From an uncultured Lachnospiraceae bacterium (GTDB lineage Bacteria; Bacillota; Clostridia; Lachnospirales; Lachnospiraceae): a DNA stretch of 64,000 nt. Location of the stretch: positions 43,765-107,764 of the forward strand of contig CAJUPT010000003.1 of NCBI GenBank assembly GCA_910588405.1, given 5' to 3'. A program made the translations under genes and the position numbers. Below the pieces are notes generated by a model. It did no database searches. It was not told the origin of the DNA and worked only from the letters and a program-made list of their open reading frames with translations. This document shows positions 39,462-49,172 of this stretch, one piece after another; the first letter of the stretch is position 1, and each line of letters starts with the position of its first letter.

Positions 39462-39902
39462 ATGACAGCTTTGGAGGAATTCTGCAAAACGCTCCGTCAG
39501 TTAAGCGGTATAGCTGAGCAGCTGGCCTGCATAGAAGATGAAAAGGCTACTGCAACGGCAGAAAAGCAGCATAATCTGATTGATCCGCTGCTTCGCAGAG
39601 AACAGCCTCTAGTCCTCTCACTTCGAGGACTGGAAAAACAACGTATAGAACAAGCAGCGGCGTTAGGCTGGGAAGGACTTACCTTTCGACAGATTTTAGA
39701 TATCGCAAAACCGGAACAGAAAGAAGTTCTTTCTCCTTTGTTTGCGGAACTTCACGAAAAAACAAACCGTCTGATGCAGACACGGGAAACCTCTGATCGA
39801 ATGATCCGTACACGTCTGCGGGAGCTGGAATTTGTTACTGCCCAGTTAGCAAAAAAGTCGGACGGCAAAGCACCTGTTTCCTTTCATGACAGATATGTAT
39901 AA
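39462..39902 (+). CDS. flgN: FlgN-like flagellar export chaperone
   Basis: 146-aa helical protein between flgM and flgK, the conserved FlgN position. Confidence 0.6.
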   Translation: MTALEEFCKTLRQLSGIAEQLACIEDEKATATAEKQHNLIDPLLRREQPLVLSLRGLEKQRIEQAAALGWEGLTFRQILDIAKPEQKEVLSPLFAELHEKTNRLMQTRETSDRMIRTRLRELEFVTAQLAKKSDGKAPVSFHDRYV

Positions 39903-40001
39903 AACCGTAAAAATATTATGCGGCATATCGAACAGACCGCATAATAAATCGGCTGTAAAGAATAAGTCCTTTCACAGCTGTTAGATTTGGAGGATAAATT
40001 A

Positions 40002-41642
40002 ATGGTAAGAGCCACATTCGCCGGTATTACAACCGCGCTTTCTTCCCTGCAGGCCAATCAAAAGCGGCTGGATATCGTAGGGCAGAATCTTTCGAATATG
40101 AATACACCGGGTTATACCCGTCAGCAGCTTGATGTTACCAGTCTGAACCATCTTCATCCCGTTTCTCATTATGCAAATGGTTCTGAGATAACAGTAGGCT
40201 TCGGTGTGCGGATGGATGGTGTTTCCCGAATCCGTGACCCCTATCTGGATGTACAGTACCGGAATCAGATTGGAAAGTCCGGCTACAACGAATCGATGCA
40301 AACTTCCTTAGATACCCTGGCCAAGGTTCTTGATGAGCATACCATTTCCGGTATTCGTCAGGCTTTTGATAATGTGCAGGCCACACTGACGAATATGCAG
40401 GACCCCTCAAAAGTCCCTGATGCCATTTTTGACAGTGAGCTGCGGGCACGTATGCAGGCGCTGACGAATGCGTTAAACGATGCGGCACGCCAGATTGAAA
40501 AAGCCGAAAAACAGGAATACGAAGTACTTGACGGAACCGGCACCAGTGAAAACGGCGCTGTCCAGAGGGTACAGGATCTTTTAAAGCAGATCGGTGATCT
40601 GAATGTACAGATCAAACAGAACCAGATCGTTGGTCAGCCCAGTCTGGAGCTGATGGATGAGCGGGATATGCTGCTGGATGAGTTGGCCAGCTATATTCCT
40701 ATAGAAGTAACCTATTACAAAGATAGCGCCCGAGATGACTGGCCTTATGATCTGAAAGTGGATATGATTTACTCTGATGGTCAGACAGGTGCTTCAGAAC
40801 GTTTGACACTGGTACAGGGTTCAGAAGGCGGACGCGGGAATAACTATGGCAATGTGGAAATCGTGGCCGGCTCGGCTGACGATCCTACCAAGACAAAGCT
40901 CCAGTTTTCTGCCGCCCCCAGCGCTACACCTCCAGGCGGAACCGCTCCTGCTCCTGTTGATATCGCTGCTGTTCAGGACGATACCGCAACGGAAAACCGC
41001 TTTGCTACCGGCTCTATCCAGTCCAGTTTAGATATGTTAGGTAAACTTGGAACCCAAAAAGGCAACGATATGGTCCGAGGCTACCAATATTATATGAATG
41101 AACTTAACAACCTTGCGAAGGTATTTGCCGAAACAATAAACGGGATTAATAATTCAGCTGTAGAGTTCAATGGCGCAGGCGGCGATTTACTCAGTATCGG
41201 CGGTGCTGGTACGGAAGCCGGAACCATCAAAATTTCTGACGCCTGGTCCGCTGGTACTATTAAAGTTGGAACCGGTATTATCGATCCCAGTAACCCGAAT
41301 GACCCTGTCAGCACGAACGATACCGTACTTGCGCTGTTACAGGCTTTTGAAAACAGTTCAAATAAGGACCTGGACAATAAATCTTTTGCTGATTACATGA
41401 ATCATGTATCCACAATTTTGGCAACTGATTCTTATACAAACCAGCTGAATCTGAAAACAAATGTTACTGTCCTCAATGGTATCCAGGATTCACGAGATTC
41501 TATTTCTGCAGTCAGCCTGGATGAAGAAGCATCAAATATGATGGCATATCTTAACGCCTATAACGCGGCGTCCCGTCTGATGACCGCTTTGGATGAGGCA
41601 CTGAATACTTTGATTAACAACACTGGCCTTATAGGCAGATAA
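40002..41642 (+). CDS. flgK: flagellar hook-associated protein 1 (FlgK)
   Basis: N-terminal rod/hook motif GITTALSSLQANQKRLDIVGQNLSNMNTPGYTRQ and C-terminal motif AVSLDEEASNMMAYLNAYNAASR. Confidence 0.9.
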   Translation: MVRATFAGITTALSSLQANQKRLDIVGQNLSNMNTPGYTRQQLDVTSLNHLHPVSHYANGSEITVGFGVRMDGVSRIRDPYLDVQYRNQIGKSGYNESMQTSLDTLAKVLDEHTISGIRQAFDNVQATLTNMQDPSKVPDAIFDSELRARMQALTNALNDAARQIEKAEKQEYEVLDGTGTSENGAVQRVQDLLKQIGDLNVQIKQNQIVGQPSLELMDERDMLLDELASYIPIEVTYYKDSARDDWPYDLKVDMIYSDGQTGASERLTLVQGSEGGRGNNYGNVEIVAGSADDPTKTKLQFSAAPSATPPGGTAPAPVDIAAVQDDTATENRFATGSIQSSLDMLGKLGTQKGNDMVRGYQYYMNELNNLAKVFAETINGINNSAVEFNGAGGDLLSIGGAGTEAGTIKISDAWSAGTIKVGTGIIDPSNPNDPVSTNDTVLALLQAFENSSNKDLDNKSFADYMNHVSTILATDSYTNQLNLKTNVTVLNGIQDSRDSISAVSLDEEASNMMAYLNAYNAASRLMTALDEALNTLINNTGLIGR

Positions 41643-41666
41643 TCATCTCAACAGGAGGATATTCAT

Positions 41667-42815
41667 ATGCGTGTTACCAATGCGCCGATGTACAGAAAGT
41701 ACACAACCGCTGTCAACGATGTACACAGCAAATTAAATAAAGCCATGAATAAAATTTCCAGCGGCGCTGCCTATGAAGCGGCTGCTGATAATCCGCTGGC
41801 CTACTATCAGGGCAAGAAGATGGATCATCAATATCTGGATGTGGAAGCCAAGCTGCAGTTGATGACAGACATCCAGAACCGGATTCATCAGCAGGAGCTT
41901 GGCGCCCGTACGGTTCAGACGACTCTGAGCGATGCCAAGAACACCGAACTTCTTTATGTACTGAACGGAACAAACAATGTAGATCCGACTACCGTAGATA
42001 CCAAACGCTCCGCTTTAATTCAAAAGCAGCAGTCAGCAATCAATGCGCTGAATGCTCAATATGAGGGGTTTTATATATACGGTGGTAACGATCTTTCCTG
42101 TGCACCATTTTCCATGAATGCGGACGGAACAAGCTTAACCTTCAAGCACACATTTCCGGGGGATTCGCAGCCTACAACGATTGTTCTGGATATGAAAAAG
42201 AATGGCGACCAATATGGATTCGAGGTAAACACGACCTCATCCCTGGACAAAAACGGTCAGCCTCTATCATCTGATGACGCTCTTGATCTGATCAGAAAGT
42301 CCATGACGGAAAGAGGGTATGTAGATATTGGTTATGGTACCATCGACGACAAAACCACGCTCTTAGATACTTTTACCGGCGGATTTAATGTAATGACCGG
42401 CGTAAATGTCGATAAGGCAGCTTCCCTTACAAATAATGAGCTTCTGGAAGCTCTGAACAACAGCTCTGTCGGCTTGATGGGGCAGGCAATTGCTGCGACT
42501 GATACTTATCTGGATGATGAGGATTTGACTGCTTATCGCAGTTATCTGAATCAGCTGTCTGATAAGATGACAGTTACGGCACACAATATCAGCACAATAT
42601 ATAGTGATCTGGGCAACAAATATTCTTTGATTGATGATACTGAAACGCGATTGAAGGATGTCAAATATGGTCTGATCGAAGAATACAAAGATAAACTGGG
42701 AGCTGATCCTTACGAATCCATAATGGAAATGTTCTCTTACCAATATTCCTATACAGCCTCTTTACAGCTGAGTTCTAAACTTATGGAATCCTCGTTATTC
42801 AACTTTATTAGCTGA
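41667..42815 (+). CDS. flgL: flagellar hook-associated protein 3 (FlgL)
   Basis: Flagellin-like N-terminus and C-terminus, and position after flgK. Confidence 0.8.
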   Translation: MRVTNAPMYRKYTTAVNDVHSKLNKAMNKISSGAAYEAAADNPLAYYQGKKMDHQYLDVEAKLQLMTDIQNRIHQQELGARTVQTTLSDAKNTELLYVLNGTNNVDPTTVDTKRSALIQKQQSAINALNAQYEGFYIYGGNDLSCAPFSMNADGTSLTFKHTFPGDSQPTTIVLDMKKNGDQYGFEVNTTSSLDKNGQPLSSDDALDLIRKSMTERGYVDIGYGTIDDKTTLLDTFTGGFNVMTGVNVDKAASLTNNELLEALNNSSVGLMGQAIAATDTYLDDEDLTAYRSYLNQLSDKMTVTAHNISTIYSDLGNKYSLIDDTETRLKDVKYGLIEEYKDKLGADPYESIMEMFSYQYSYTASLQLSSKLMESSLFNFIS

Positions 42816-42884
42816 TCAGTTAAAATAAAATATATAATTATTTTATATATATAGTTTTTTCTATTTTAAGAAAGGAGGGGGATT

Positions 42885-43466
42885 ATGAGTCAATTGATCA
42901 AGGCTACCATTACTCCATACGAAGCAGTCCATTTCCGTCAGAGCGCAAGGCTGGTTTCCAGCGGCAGTCTCGATACGGAGCGCCGTAGAATTATGGCGAT
43001 GCAGGCGCGTTTTCAAATGCGTTATTCTGGTCAGGGTGTCGCTAGCAAGCCTCACGACACAAGTCAGGTAAGACGTGCATTTATGCCGAAAAGGCAGGCA
43101 CAGCAGATTTCTCAGGATTCTCCTGCCGCAGAAACTGTTGTCAGCACGCCTGTCCAGCCAGAAATTTCTGCGTCAGATACCAGAAATTTGACGCTGTCCA
43201 CTCCGATCGCTGCGTCCCAGCTTTCCACAAAATCCGGCTCTGCCAGCGAAGGAAACGCTTATATCGAGCAGGCACAAGCAGCTCATAGTATGGAAAAAGC
43301 GTCTTTTGAATTACGAGTTGCCAGCGGAGAACTGTCCTATGTCCCGGCTTTTGATTTCACGATTGTTCTGCAAAGGCCCGGCGTACAATTTGAATATATG
43401 GGCGATTTTACGTATGTACCGCCCAGCTGGTCGCCGATCGGTGAAAATATAGATATGCTATTATAG
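42885..43466 (+). CDS. hypothetical protein in the flgL-fliW interval
   Basis: 193 aa with a GGAGGGGG RBS. No recognisable motif. S/T/Q-rich centre. Confidence 0.5.
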   Translation: MSQLIKATITPYEAVHFRQSARLVSSGSLDTERRRIMAMQARFQMRYSGQGVASKPHDTSQVRRAFMPKRQAQQISQDSPAAETVVSTPVQPEISASDTRNLTLSTPIAASQLSTKSGSASEGNAYIEQAQAAHSMEKASFELRVASGELSYVPAFDFTIVLQRPGVQFEYMGDFTYVPPSWSPIGENIDMLL

Positions 43467-43480
43467 GAGAAATAAGGATT

Positions 43481-43966
43481 ATGAAGTTGATTACCACAGA
43501 CTATGGTGATATTCAATATGAAAAAGAAGATTTGATTCTGTTTTCAGATGGATTGTTTGGCTTTACTGACCTGACAGAATATCTTTTGATCTGTCTTAAT
43601 GATGAGGATAATTCTCTGTTGATCCTCCAATCCACACAAAGGCCCGAGATATCCTTTGCGGTAATTAATCCTGTACTCCTGTGTCCGGATTATTCTCCTG
43701 TCCTTACTCCTGAGGAACTGTTTTCTATGGGAGTTAAGGACAGCGAGGATTTATCCTATTATGCAATCTGCATTGTTAAAAAAGATTTACAAGACAGTAT
43801 GGTGAATCTGAAATGTCCTCTGGCTATCAATCCCCAGACACTGAAGGGAATGCAGGTTATTTTGGAGGGTTCATATTATCAGTTCCGTCACCGAATAGGC
43901 GATCTTCTCCAGGATTCCGAAAACACTGAAAGCGGGAGTGAGACAAATGCTGATATTGAGACGTAA
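43481..43966 (+). CDS. fliW: flagellar assembly factor FliW
   Basis: FliW family pattern (LILFSDGLFGF, EYLLICLNDEDNSLLILQS, AINPQTLKG) and position before csrA. Confidence 0.85.
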   Translation: MKLITTDYGDIQYEKEDLILFSDGLFGFTDLTEYLLICLNDEDNSLLILQSTQRPEISFAVINPVLLCPDYSPVLTPEELFSMGVKDSEDLSYYAICIVKKDLQDSMVNLKCPLAINPQTLKGMQVILEGSYYQFRHRIGDLLQDSENTESGSETNADIET

Positions 43967-44222
43967 AAAAGATGAAAGCATATTGATTGGGGATAATATC
44001 CGGATTACAATTGTGGAATGTGGTTCGGAAGGAGTCCGAATTGCAATTGATGCGCCAAAACAGATTTCAATTTTACGGGAAGAACTGTCAAAGGCAGAAG
44101 TTGTCAATAAAGATGCCTTGACACCCCAAAGTGAATATCTTCAAACGATGCAGACGGCCTTACATCATCTATATCATCCTAAAATCGGAAATATGGAGCA
44201 AAAAAATCCCCCGGAAAAATAA
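43947..44222 (+). CDS. csrA: carbon storage regulator CsrA
   Basis: MLILRRKKDESILIGDNIRITIVE...GVRIAIDAPK is the CsrA signature. Overlaps the fliW 3' end by 20 nt. Start set at ATG 43947, which has a GGGAG RBS. Confidence 0.9.
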   Translation: MLILRRKKDESILIGDNIRITIVECGSEGVRIAIDAPKQISILREELSKAEVVNKDALTPQSEYLQTMQTALHHLYHPKIGNMEQKNPPEK

Positions 44223-44314
44223 AACTGATTTGTTTGATCTGTTTTATTTTTTCGGAGGCTGTTTCATTTTTTTAATCGATTGACTGGAGCCGTATTTCTT
44301 ATCAATTCAGAAAA

Positions 44315-45505
44315 TTAGTTACGTCTGATAAATAAAAAACGAATTAAACGCATCAACCAACAGAAAGGAAGAAGTAAAGGCATTTTCTCCAATATAGGAT
44401 AAATTGTACACATATAGCGATATTCCGGAAAAGCCCAACGGAATTTTCGCCCCGCTTCCTGTCGGCGCTCCGCATTTCTCTGTTTCCACCGTTCAAACCG
44501 TTCCTGTCGGCGCTCTTTGTTCTCACTTTTTTCAATCATTTCCCGTAAAACTATGGCTTGCTGATCAATTTCATAATCCTCATTATTTAAAATACCTCTG
44601 CTAAGAATCCGATTTTCCAATACATCGTATTCTTCCGGTTCATAACGTTGATCCTCTTCCAGCTTTAGCTCCTCCTGAGAGCCAAACCACATATACGACA
44701 AATGCAAAAGCTTATCAGCCAGCCGTTCAACGCAAAAATCAGACAGAACTTTTTTCACATGAGCCTGATTAATCTGTTCCTGCCATGTTTTATGATACAG
44801 ATATAGATCCATAAGCTCTCGTATCACCAGCTCATCCTGCGCATAACGGTATGCACATTTCGCCATGTAAAAAATAAACCGATCCACAACAGACAGTGTT
44901 CTCACTGTATGATAAGGTTCCTTGACAAATACTCGCCTTAAAAGAAACTGCATTTGCTTCTCATACGCATGGGTTTGAAATGGAGGTTTCCGGAAAATCT
45001 CTACATAGATTCCCGATACACGTTTCATTCGCTCTCCAAATCCAGAATAAAAACGATCAGTTTCATAGCCCAGATCTACTAAATACCCTTTCGCCAGTAC
45101 ATAGCTTTCTTCATCCATTAAAAGCCGCAATGGAATATTGGAAGCCGCTTCAGGAAGCTGATAAAGATTCCTGAAATCACAAGACTCTAATATTGCACAG
45201 GAAATATTCCGCATATCCAATAACGCCAGGACTTCCTGTTCCGCTTCCTTGCAAATTTCCCCATACTGCAGCCCTTGCCAATAACGTTCTGCAAAAGAAT
45301 CCTGCCATTTCTGCGGAATCTTCTTCCCATTGCCCAGCATAGACAGATAAACTAAATTCGTAATCTTATGGTAATCTGCAACCCGGTAAATCCTTTCCCA
45401 ATCCAACTGTCCCCTGATTGGACGCTGATCATCCTGCCGGATAAATGCTCCTGCCATATTTACGAGAAAACGTCCTTCTATTATCAATCGATTATTCATA
45501 AACAT
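44315..45505 (-). CDS. uncharacterised nucleotidyltransferase-family protein
   Basis: 396 aa with an N-terminal NTase-like region and a basic C-terminal tail (ERRQERFERWKQRNAERRQEAGRK). No clear catalytic motif found by eye. Confidence 0.4.
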   Translation of the reverse strand: MFMNNRLIIEGRFLVNMAGAFIRQDDQRPIRGQLDWERIYRVADYHKITNLVYLSMLGNGKKIPQKWQDSFAERYWQGLQYGEICKEAEQEVLALLDMRNISCAILESCDFRNLYQLPEAASNIPLRLLMDEESYVLAKGYLVDLGYETDRFYSGFGERMKRVSGIYVEIFRKPPFQTHAYEKQMQFLLRRVFVKEPYHTVRTLSVVDRFIFYMAKCAYRYAQDELVIRELMDLYLYHKTWQEQINQAHVKKVLSDFCVERLADKLLHLSYMWFGSQEELKLEEDQRYEPEEYDVLENRILSRGILNNEDYEIDQQAIVLREMIEKSENKERRQERFERWKQRNAERRQEAGRKFRWAFPEYRYMCTIYPILEKMPLLLPFCWLMRLIRFLFIRRN

Positions 45506-45573
45506 CCACTTCCATAGCTTTCAATAGCTTTTTAATCACGCAAAAAACAGCTGCCCCGCTGTTATTCCTGATA

Positions 45574-45963
45574 TCAGCGAGGCTGCCCTGCATGAATCCG
45601 GAGGCCCAGCAGCTGATCCAGCTGCTGAACCTCACTGATTAATTCTACCGTTTTTTTTCGTATCTGATAAACTAACTTTTCCTCCGTTTTTGCCGTTGCA
45701 AGACCTTCCTCCGGATCTATCTTCATGATCCGCATCACCTGCTCTGCATCCTGGGGATCATTCTCTGCTTTTTTCCAGATCATTTCCTGACAGACACTAT
45801 ACTTTTCCATTTCTTCCGCACGCATATCCAGCATCAGGGACAATGAAACCTCATCCCTGCGGGAAACCATTTCAAGCATTTCTTTCGTTAATCTATGGAT
45901 CTCATGAAGACAATTATACCGCCTTTGCAGTAGAACCTCCATTTCCGTCAAATCCAATGCCAT
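45574..45963 (-). CDS. FliT-like flagellar chaperone (hypothetical)
   Basis: 129-aa helical protein immediately downstream of fliS, the conserved fliD-fliS-fliT position. Confidence 0.45.
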   Translation of the reverse strand: MALDLTEMEVLLQRRYNCLHEIHRLTKEMLEMVSRRDEVSLSLMLDMRAEEMEKYSVCQEMIWKKAENDPQDAEQVMRIMKIDPEEGLATAKTEEKLVYQIRKKTVELISEVQQLDQLLGLRIHAGQPR

Positions 45964-45977
45964 CCTCTTTTGCCCCC

Positions 45978-46391
45978 CTATCCACGGACACCTTTATCCT
46001 GAAACTGTAAACTGCCCTGAACACCTGGAGCTTTTTTACCTGCTTCATCAAAAGCGCCTCCCAATTCTGAAAGAATATTTCGAATGCGTGCAATTTCTTC
46101 CTTCTGCCGTTCTCTGCCTGCATTCACTCTGCTGAGATCCACAATCAGATAACTATAGATTCTCCGCAAATCACGGCTGATCGGCTGCTGCATATCTAAA
46201 ATATCATCCAGATAACGGACAATCCTGGACACACGATGGATATTATCCTCAAATAACTCATAGGCCTGATCATCCAAGGCAATCTCCGCTTTTGTCAAGC
46301 GACTGATTGTCTCATTATATAAAACCTGTAACAATTCGGCGCTGCTCATTGAGTAGATGCTTGCCTCTTTGTACTTCTGGAATTCATTCAT
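45978..46391 (-). CDS. fliS: flagellar export chaperone FliS
   Basis: FliS family pattern (YKEASIYSMSSAELLQVLYNETISRL...IVRYLDDILD). 137 aa. Confidence 0.85.
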   Translation of the reverse strand: MNEFQKYKEASIYSMSSAELLQVLYNETISRLTKAEIALDDQAYELFEDNIHRVSRIVRYLDDILDMQQPISRDLRRIYSYLIVDLSRVNAGRERQKEEIARIRNILSELGGAFDEAGKKAPGVQGSLQFQDKGVRG

Positions 46392-46419
46392 ATTGTTCTT
46401 CGTCCCCAGTTTGGATTAT

Positions 46420-48921
46420 TTACCCCTGAAGCTGAGAAAGATAGCCCGATTGTGTATTAAACTTATTAATCATAGACTCCATCGTCGTAAACTGTCTGAT
46501 ATAGCTATCCTGCTCTGTTTTCAGTCGGCTCTTCAACGTAGCGATTGTCTTTTCCATTTCCTGCAGCTGTTGGTAAATCCAGTTGTTTGACACTGACAGA
46601 GGTACCTTTTCGGAGCCGGCTTCTTCCACCAGACGTCCATAAGAACCATTAGAATCAGCGGTTGCCGCATTATCACTTCTGTATTTGGTAGCATAAGGTG
46701 TCAGCGTATCCTCTATAATGGAAGCCAGACCCTTTTTCACATTACCGCCGCCTGTGAATATATTCGATACCAGCTCCGCATCATTCTCCATCGCTGATTT
46801 GAATTTATTCTCATCAAAAACAATTTTTCCTCCATCCTTTGCGTCATCTGACATCGTAATGCCGATCGACTCCAAATCGGAATAGGAAATCCCGTTATTC
46901 ATAAGAGTGACCATCACATTCTGCAAAGAAACATTGAAATCCTTCATGGCAGAATCGCTGAAAAGAATACCCTCTTTAGCCTTCTTCTCCCAGTTCTCTA
47001 TGGATTTCTCATCCATTTCTTCTTTCTGTGCATCTGTCAGCGGACCATAAGATTTATCAGGTCTCGTCGTAACATGAGAATTAACCTCCTCCACTATGGC
47101 ATTATATGCCTTAAAGAACTCCTTCACTTTCTCAGTTGTTTTATCCACATCTGCTTTCGCGCTGAAGGTAACTTCCTGAGAGCTGTCCAGCTTACCTGCC
47201 GCTTTATCAGCCTCTGACGCATATCCAAAAAGTCCGGACACCGTTACTTTCATGCCTTCCAGATCAAATGTATTGGTTGCGCTTGTAAGCGTCTGAGACA
47301 CACCATTTCCATAGCTTACACGAATCGTTGCGTCCAGCCCGTCTTTATTATCCGCATCAGCTCCACCGAAAATGTTACTCGCAGCGCCCTCCAGAGTAAT
47401 CTTTCTACCGCTTCCGGTCTCTGATGCCACCAAAAGAAACTGATTGCTGCCGCTCAAATAAGATGCTTTGACACCGGCATCTTTATTTGCGTTAATTCTA
47501 TTAATCAATTCATTAACTGTAGTTTCTGCTGTTATACCTTTAATTTCGGTACCGTTGATTTTAAAACCATTTGTCTTTAAATCCTCTTCAAATCGTTCTT
47601 TCTCATCTGCACCATATCCACTAAAGCCCAATTTTTCCCGATTATACCAGAGACTGGAATCCAAATTCAGCTTATTAGAAGCATTTTTTTCAATTCCGAT
47701 AATCTTGCGCATATCTGCGCCCTCTGCATTAATCGTCAGCGGCTGCGCCGCCTCTCCGGCTACTACATTGCCGTCTGCATCCTTTCTAGGTGAAGATTTA
47801 AAAAACAGACCATCCGTAGAATTGTAATCTACCTCTACTTTATTCTCACCGAATGCTTTGTTTAACCGTTCCTGAAGAAGATTTTTCAAATCATCCATTG
47901 TATCAACCTGATCGTCCTCTTCTATCAGATTGATGGTTTTTGTCTGACCGCCATATGAGACCGATATTTTTTTTCCAGTCAGATACTGTTTCATTGTTCT
48001 CTCACTGGTTGTATAAGAATCTTTAAAAGCAGTTGTCAGCCCGGTCTGGAACTCAGTAGCGAGATCAATACCATCCTTTAAATCCTCCTCGCTAAACTGA
48101 TCTTTATCAAATCCAAGACCTGCAAGAGCCGTTGAATTTTTAGAAATTGCATATGTTTTCCCACTTTTATCCCCAACTACCTTAACAGTGATCTTATCAT
48201 TCTCATCAAGACCAAATTCGAGCTTTCCTCCTTTTCCCAGCTCAAAGCTCGAATTCTCCATCGCCTTATTCAGCTCAGCCACAAGCTCCTCCGGAGCAGC
48301 TGTATAATCAATCTCTCTAGTAACTCGCTGTCCATCCACAGTTTCTGTGTATGAAGTAGGGAAGGTAAACGTAGCTACCGTATTGAACGTCATTTCATTA
48401 TCAGCAGTTAAACCAGCCGTGCCAAATATCAATGTCTTGCCCGAAAGTTTTGATTCGGTAACATTATCATCCAGATTTTTAATTCCTGTCTGAATAACAC
48501 TGTCTGACGGCATCTTATTTGACATCCGCGTCGCGGATGTCGCCAACTGGTCTACCGCCTGGATCGCCAGATTATCCACCCATGCCGAAGTGCCGCTGGC
48601 TTTTATAAATTTTGTAACATCATCATCTCCAATTGCTGTTACAATACTTTTTGCAAATAACGATGCAGCCTTTAAGTTTGATCCTGAAAAATATGAAAAA
48701 TATTCATCTTCCAAATTAAGGACCTTATCAATAACGCTGCGATATGCCTCCTGCTTCCACTGCAGCTTGGTCATCTCGCCTTTCTGTCTGTCAATCTTCG
48801 CCTGTGTTCCCGATGTCATGGCTTCGATCATTTCGTCTCTGTCGATGCCGGACGCCAGGCCGCCGAATCCTCTTAAACTGGTGTTACCCAGACTGCTTGT
48901 TGCTCCTGATACGCTTGCCAT
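46420..48921 (-). CDS. fliD: flagellar filament capping protein FliD (HAP2)
   Basis: N-terminal FliD motif SLRGFGGLASGIDRDEMIEAM and C-terminal FliD_C pattern (SYIRQFTTMESMINKFNTQSGYLS). Start set at MASVSG (48921), which has an AGGAG RBS. Confidence 0.85.
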   Translation of the reverse strand: MASVSGATSSLGNTSLRGFGGLASGIDRDEMIEAMTSGTQAKIDRQKGEMTKLQWKQEAYRSVIDKVLNLEDEYFSYFSGSNLKAASLFAKSIVTAIGDDDVTKFIKASGTSAWVDNLAIQAVDQLATSATRMSNKMPSDSVIQTGIKNLDDNVTESKLSGKTLIFGTAGLTADNEMTFNTVATFTFPTSYTETVDGQRVTREIDYTAAPEELVAELNKAMENSSFELGKGGKLEFGLDENDKITVKVVGDKSGKTYAISKNSTALAGLGFDKDQFSEEDLKDGIDLATEFQTGLTTAFKDSYTTSERTMKQYLTGKKISVSYGGQTKTINLIEEDDQVDTMDDLKNLLQERLNKAFGENKVEVDYNSTDGLFFKSSPRKDADGNVVAGEAAQPLTINAEGADMRKIIGIEKNASNKLNLDSSLWYNREKLGFSGYGADEKERFEEDLKTNGFKINGTEIKGITAETTVNELINRINANKDAGVKASYLSGSNQFLLVASETGSGRKITLEGAASNIFGGADADNKDGLDATIRVSYGNGVSQTLTSATNTFDLEGMKVTVSGLFGYASEADKAAGKLDSSQEVTFSAKADVDKTTEKVKEFFKAYNAIVEEVNSHVTTRPDKSYGPLTDAQKEEMDEKSIENWEKKAKEGILFSDSAMKDFNVSLQNVMVTLMNNGISYSDLESIGITMSDDAKDGGKIVFDENKFKSAMENDAELVSNIFTGGGNVKKGLASIIEDTLTPYATKYRSDNAATADSNGSYGRLVEEAGSEKVPLSVSNNWIYQQLQEMEKTIATLKSRLKTEQDSYIRQFTTMESMINKFNTQSGYLSQLQG

Positions 48922-49172
48922 ATGATATCCGCTCCTTTCCTTAGATGGAGCGTTTCCCATCCCATAAAAGTCTGTCTTCTGCCGCGGCTTTGCCTATGCG
49001 GTCAGGAGAACGACAGCACTTTCATCACAGGAAACACGTCTGAAAATTTGCTCCTTCATTCTTTCAAACATACTCCGATTTATCCTATGTATATATATCG
49101 GCATTTTTAAACAGATCGTGAACTTTTGTTGTACTCCGCAAATACGGTACACCGAATTTTCACAATTTTTTT

